The notes under the pieces are model-generated. The model was not told the DNA's origin. It was given only the letters and a program-made list of their open reading frames with translations, and made no database searches. A program made the translations under genes and the position numbers. A stretch of 34,241 nt of DNA from a virus (taxonomy: Duplodnaviria > Caudoviricetes), in IMG/VR virus record IMGVR_UViG_3300011335_000296, positions 1-34,241 of that record, one strand, 5' to 3'. Below, in pieces: positions 33,573 to 34,241 of this stretch (its first letter is position 1; each line of letters begins with the position of its first letter).

Positions 33573-34160
33573 ATGGAAGAAGTAAAAGTTATCGAATACA
33601 CTATCGATGATAGTGGATATTTGGGAGTAAATGCAATTTCACTTGTTGAGAATCCAGCAATCGAAGTTGACTTTGTAGCGTTGTCAAAAACGCACGTTAA
33701 ACAAGCGGCTATTGAGGACGGAGAACGCAAAATGCTATATGGTGCGGTAATGATTCCCGACCAACTAATATACCGGGTTAATGGAATGGGTGAAGCCTAT
33801 TATTGTAAGTATTCGAAAGAAACGATAAACAAGATTGCACAAGAATATCTTAAACGCAATATGCACCACAATTCAAACCTTGAACATCAAATCCCTGTTG
33901 CGGGTTGTGTGGTTGTTGAATCGTGGATCAAAGAAGGCGCACACGACAAGTCGATGAACTTTGGTTTCTCCTTTCCAGATGGTACTTGGTGCATAGGAAT
34001 GAAGGTAGACAACGATGAAGTGTGGCAAGACATCAAACAAGGAAATGTAAAAGGCTTTTCACTTGAAGGATTCTTTACTGAAATGAGTGAAGAATATTTA
34101 GCCGAACAAGAAATCGAAAAGATAATGAAGGAACTTGAAGGAGAGTTGAAAGGGTTGTAA
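33573..34160 (+). CDS. Putative prohead serine protease (variant B)
   Basis: 195 aa, near-identical protein to 4293..4880. Confidence 0.8.
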   Translation: MEEVKVIEYTIDDSGYLGVNAISLVENPAIEVDFVALSKTHVKQAAIEDGERKMLYGAVMIPDQLIYRVNGMGEAYYCKYSKETINKIAQEYLKRNMHHNSNLEHQIPVAGCVVVESWIKEGAHDKSMNFGFSFPDGTWCIGMKVDNDEVWQDIKQGNVKGFSLEGFFTEMSEEYLAEQEIEKIMKELEGELKGL

Positions 34161-34200
34161 TAGATTACACCGCGTGCAGGTGTATGTTACCCGACAAACA

Positions 34201-34229
34201 AAGAACCCCCTACGTTTAGGGGGTTTCTT
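34201..34229 (+). terminator. Intrinsic terminator-like hairpin (copy B)
   Basis: Same hairpin as 4965-4993. Confidence 0.7.
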
Positions 34230-34241
34230 CGTTGAACTAAA

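Larger units (their letters stand above)
29298..34241 (+). repeat. Diverged direct terminal repeat, copy B
   Basis: Collinear homologue of 1-5005. Offset is 29297 at the start and 29236 at the end. Confidence 0.95.

Overview
The window holds an essentially complete, circularly permuted ~29.3 kb tailed (siphovirus-like) phage genome. The host is probably Bacteroidota, inferred from TTG-N19-TAnnTTTG promoters, A-rich translation starts without Shine-Dalgarno motifs, and low GC. It is flanked by a diverged ~5 kb terminal duplication (1-5005 vs 29298-34241) that looks like two strain variants joined by the assembler. Plus strand: tail tip, tape measure, XkdF-like protease, scaffold, major capsid, tail tube, extended portal, adaptor, holin, M15 endolysin, metallophosphoesterase and a spanin-like pair. 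Minus strand (20127 to 12999): early/replication genes, a C5 methyltransferase, terminase large subunit and MazG-like genes. Plus strand from 20279: VRR-NUC nuclease, sigma-like factor, a ~400 nt highly structured non-coding element, small terminase-like gene, frameshifted tail chaperone and tail genes. No integrase, polymerase, helicase, tRNA or CRISPR was seen. Best leads: a nested multi-stem ncRNA with an upstream switch (21861-22251), an overprinted two-polypeptide methyltransferase, an A11 slip site that would give short and long portals, a swapped C1q-like tail domain between variants, and no CATG found anywhere. All product calls come from motifs read by eye, with no database searches.
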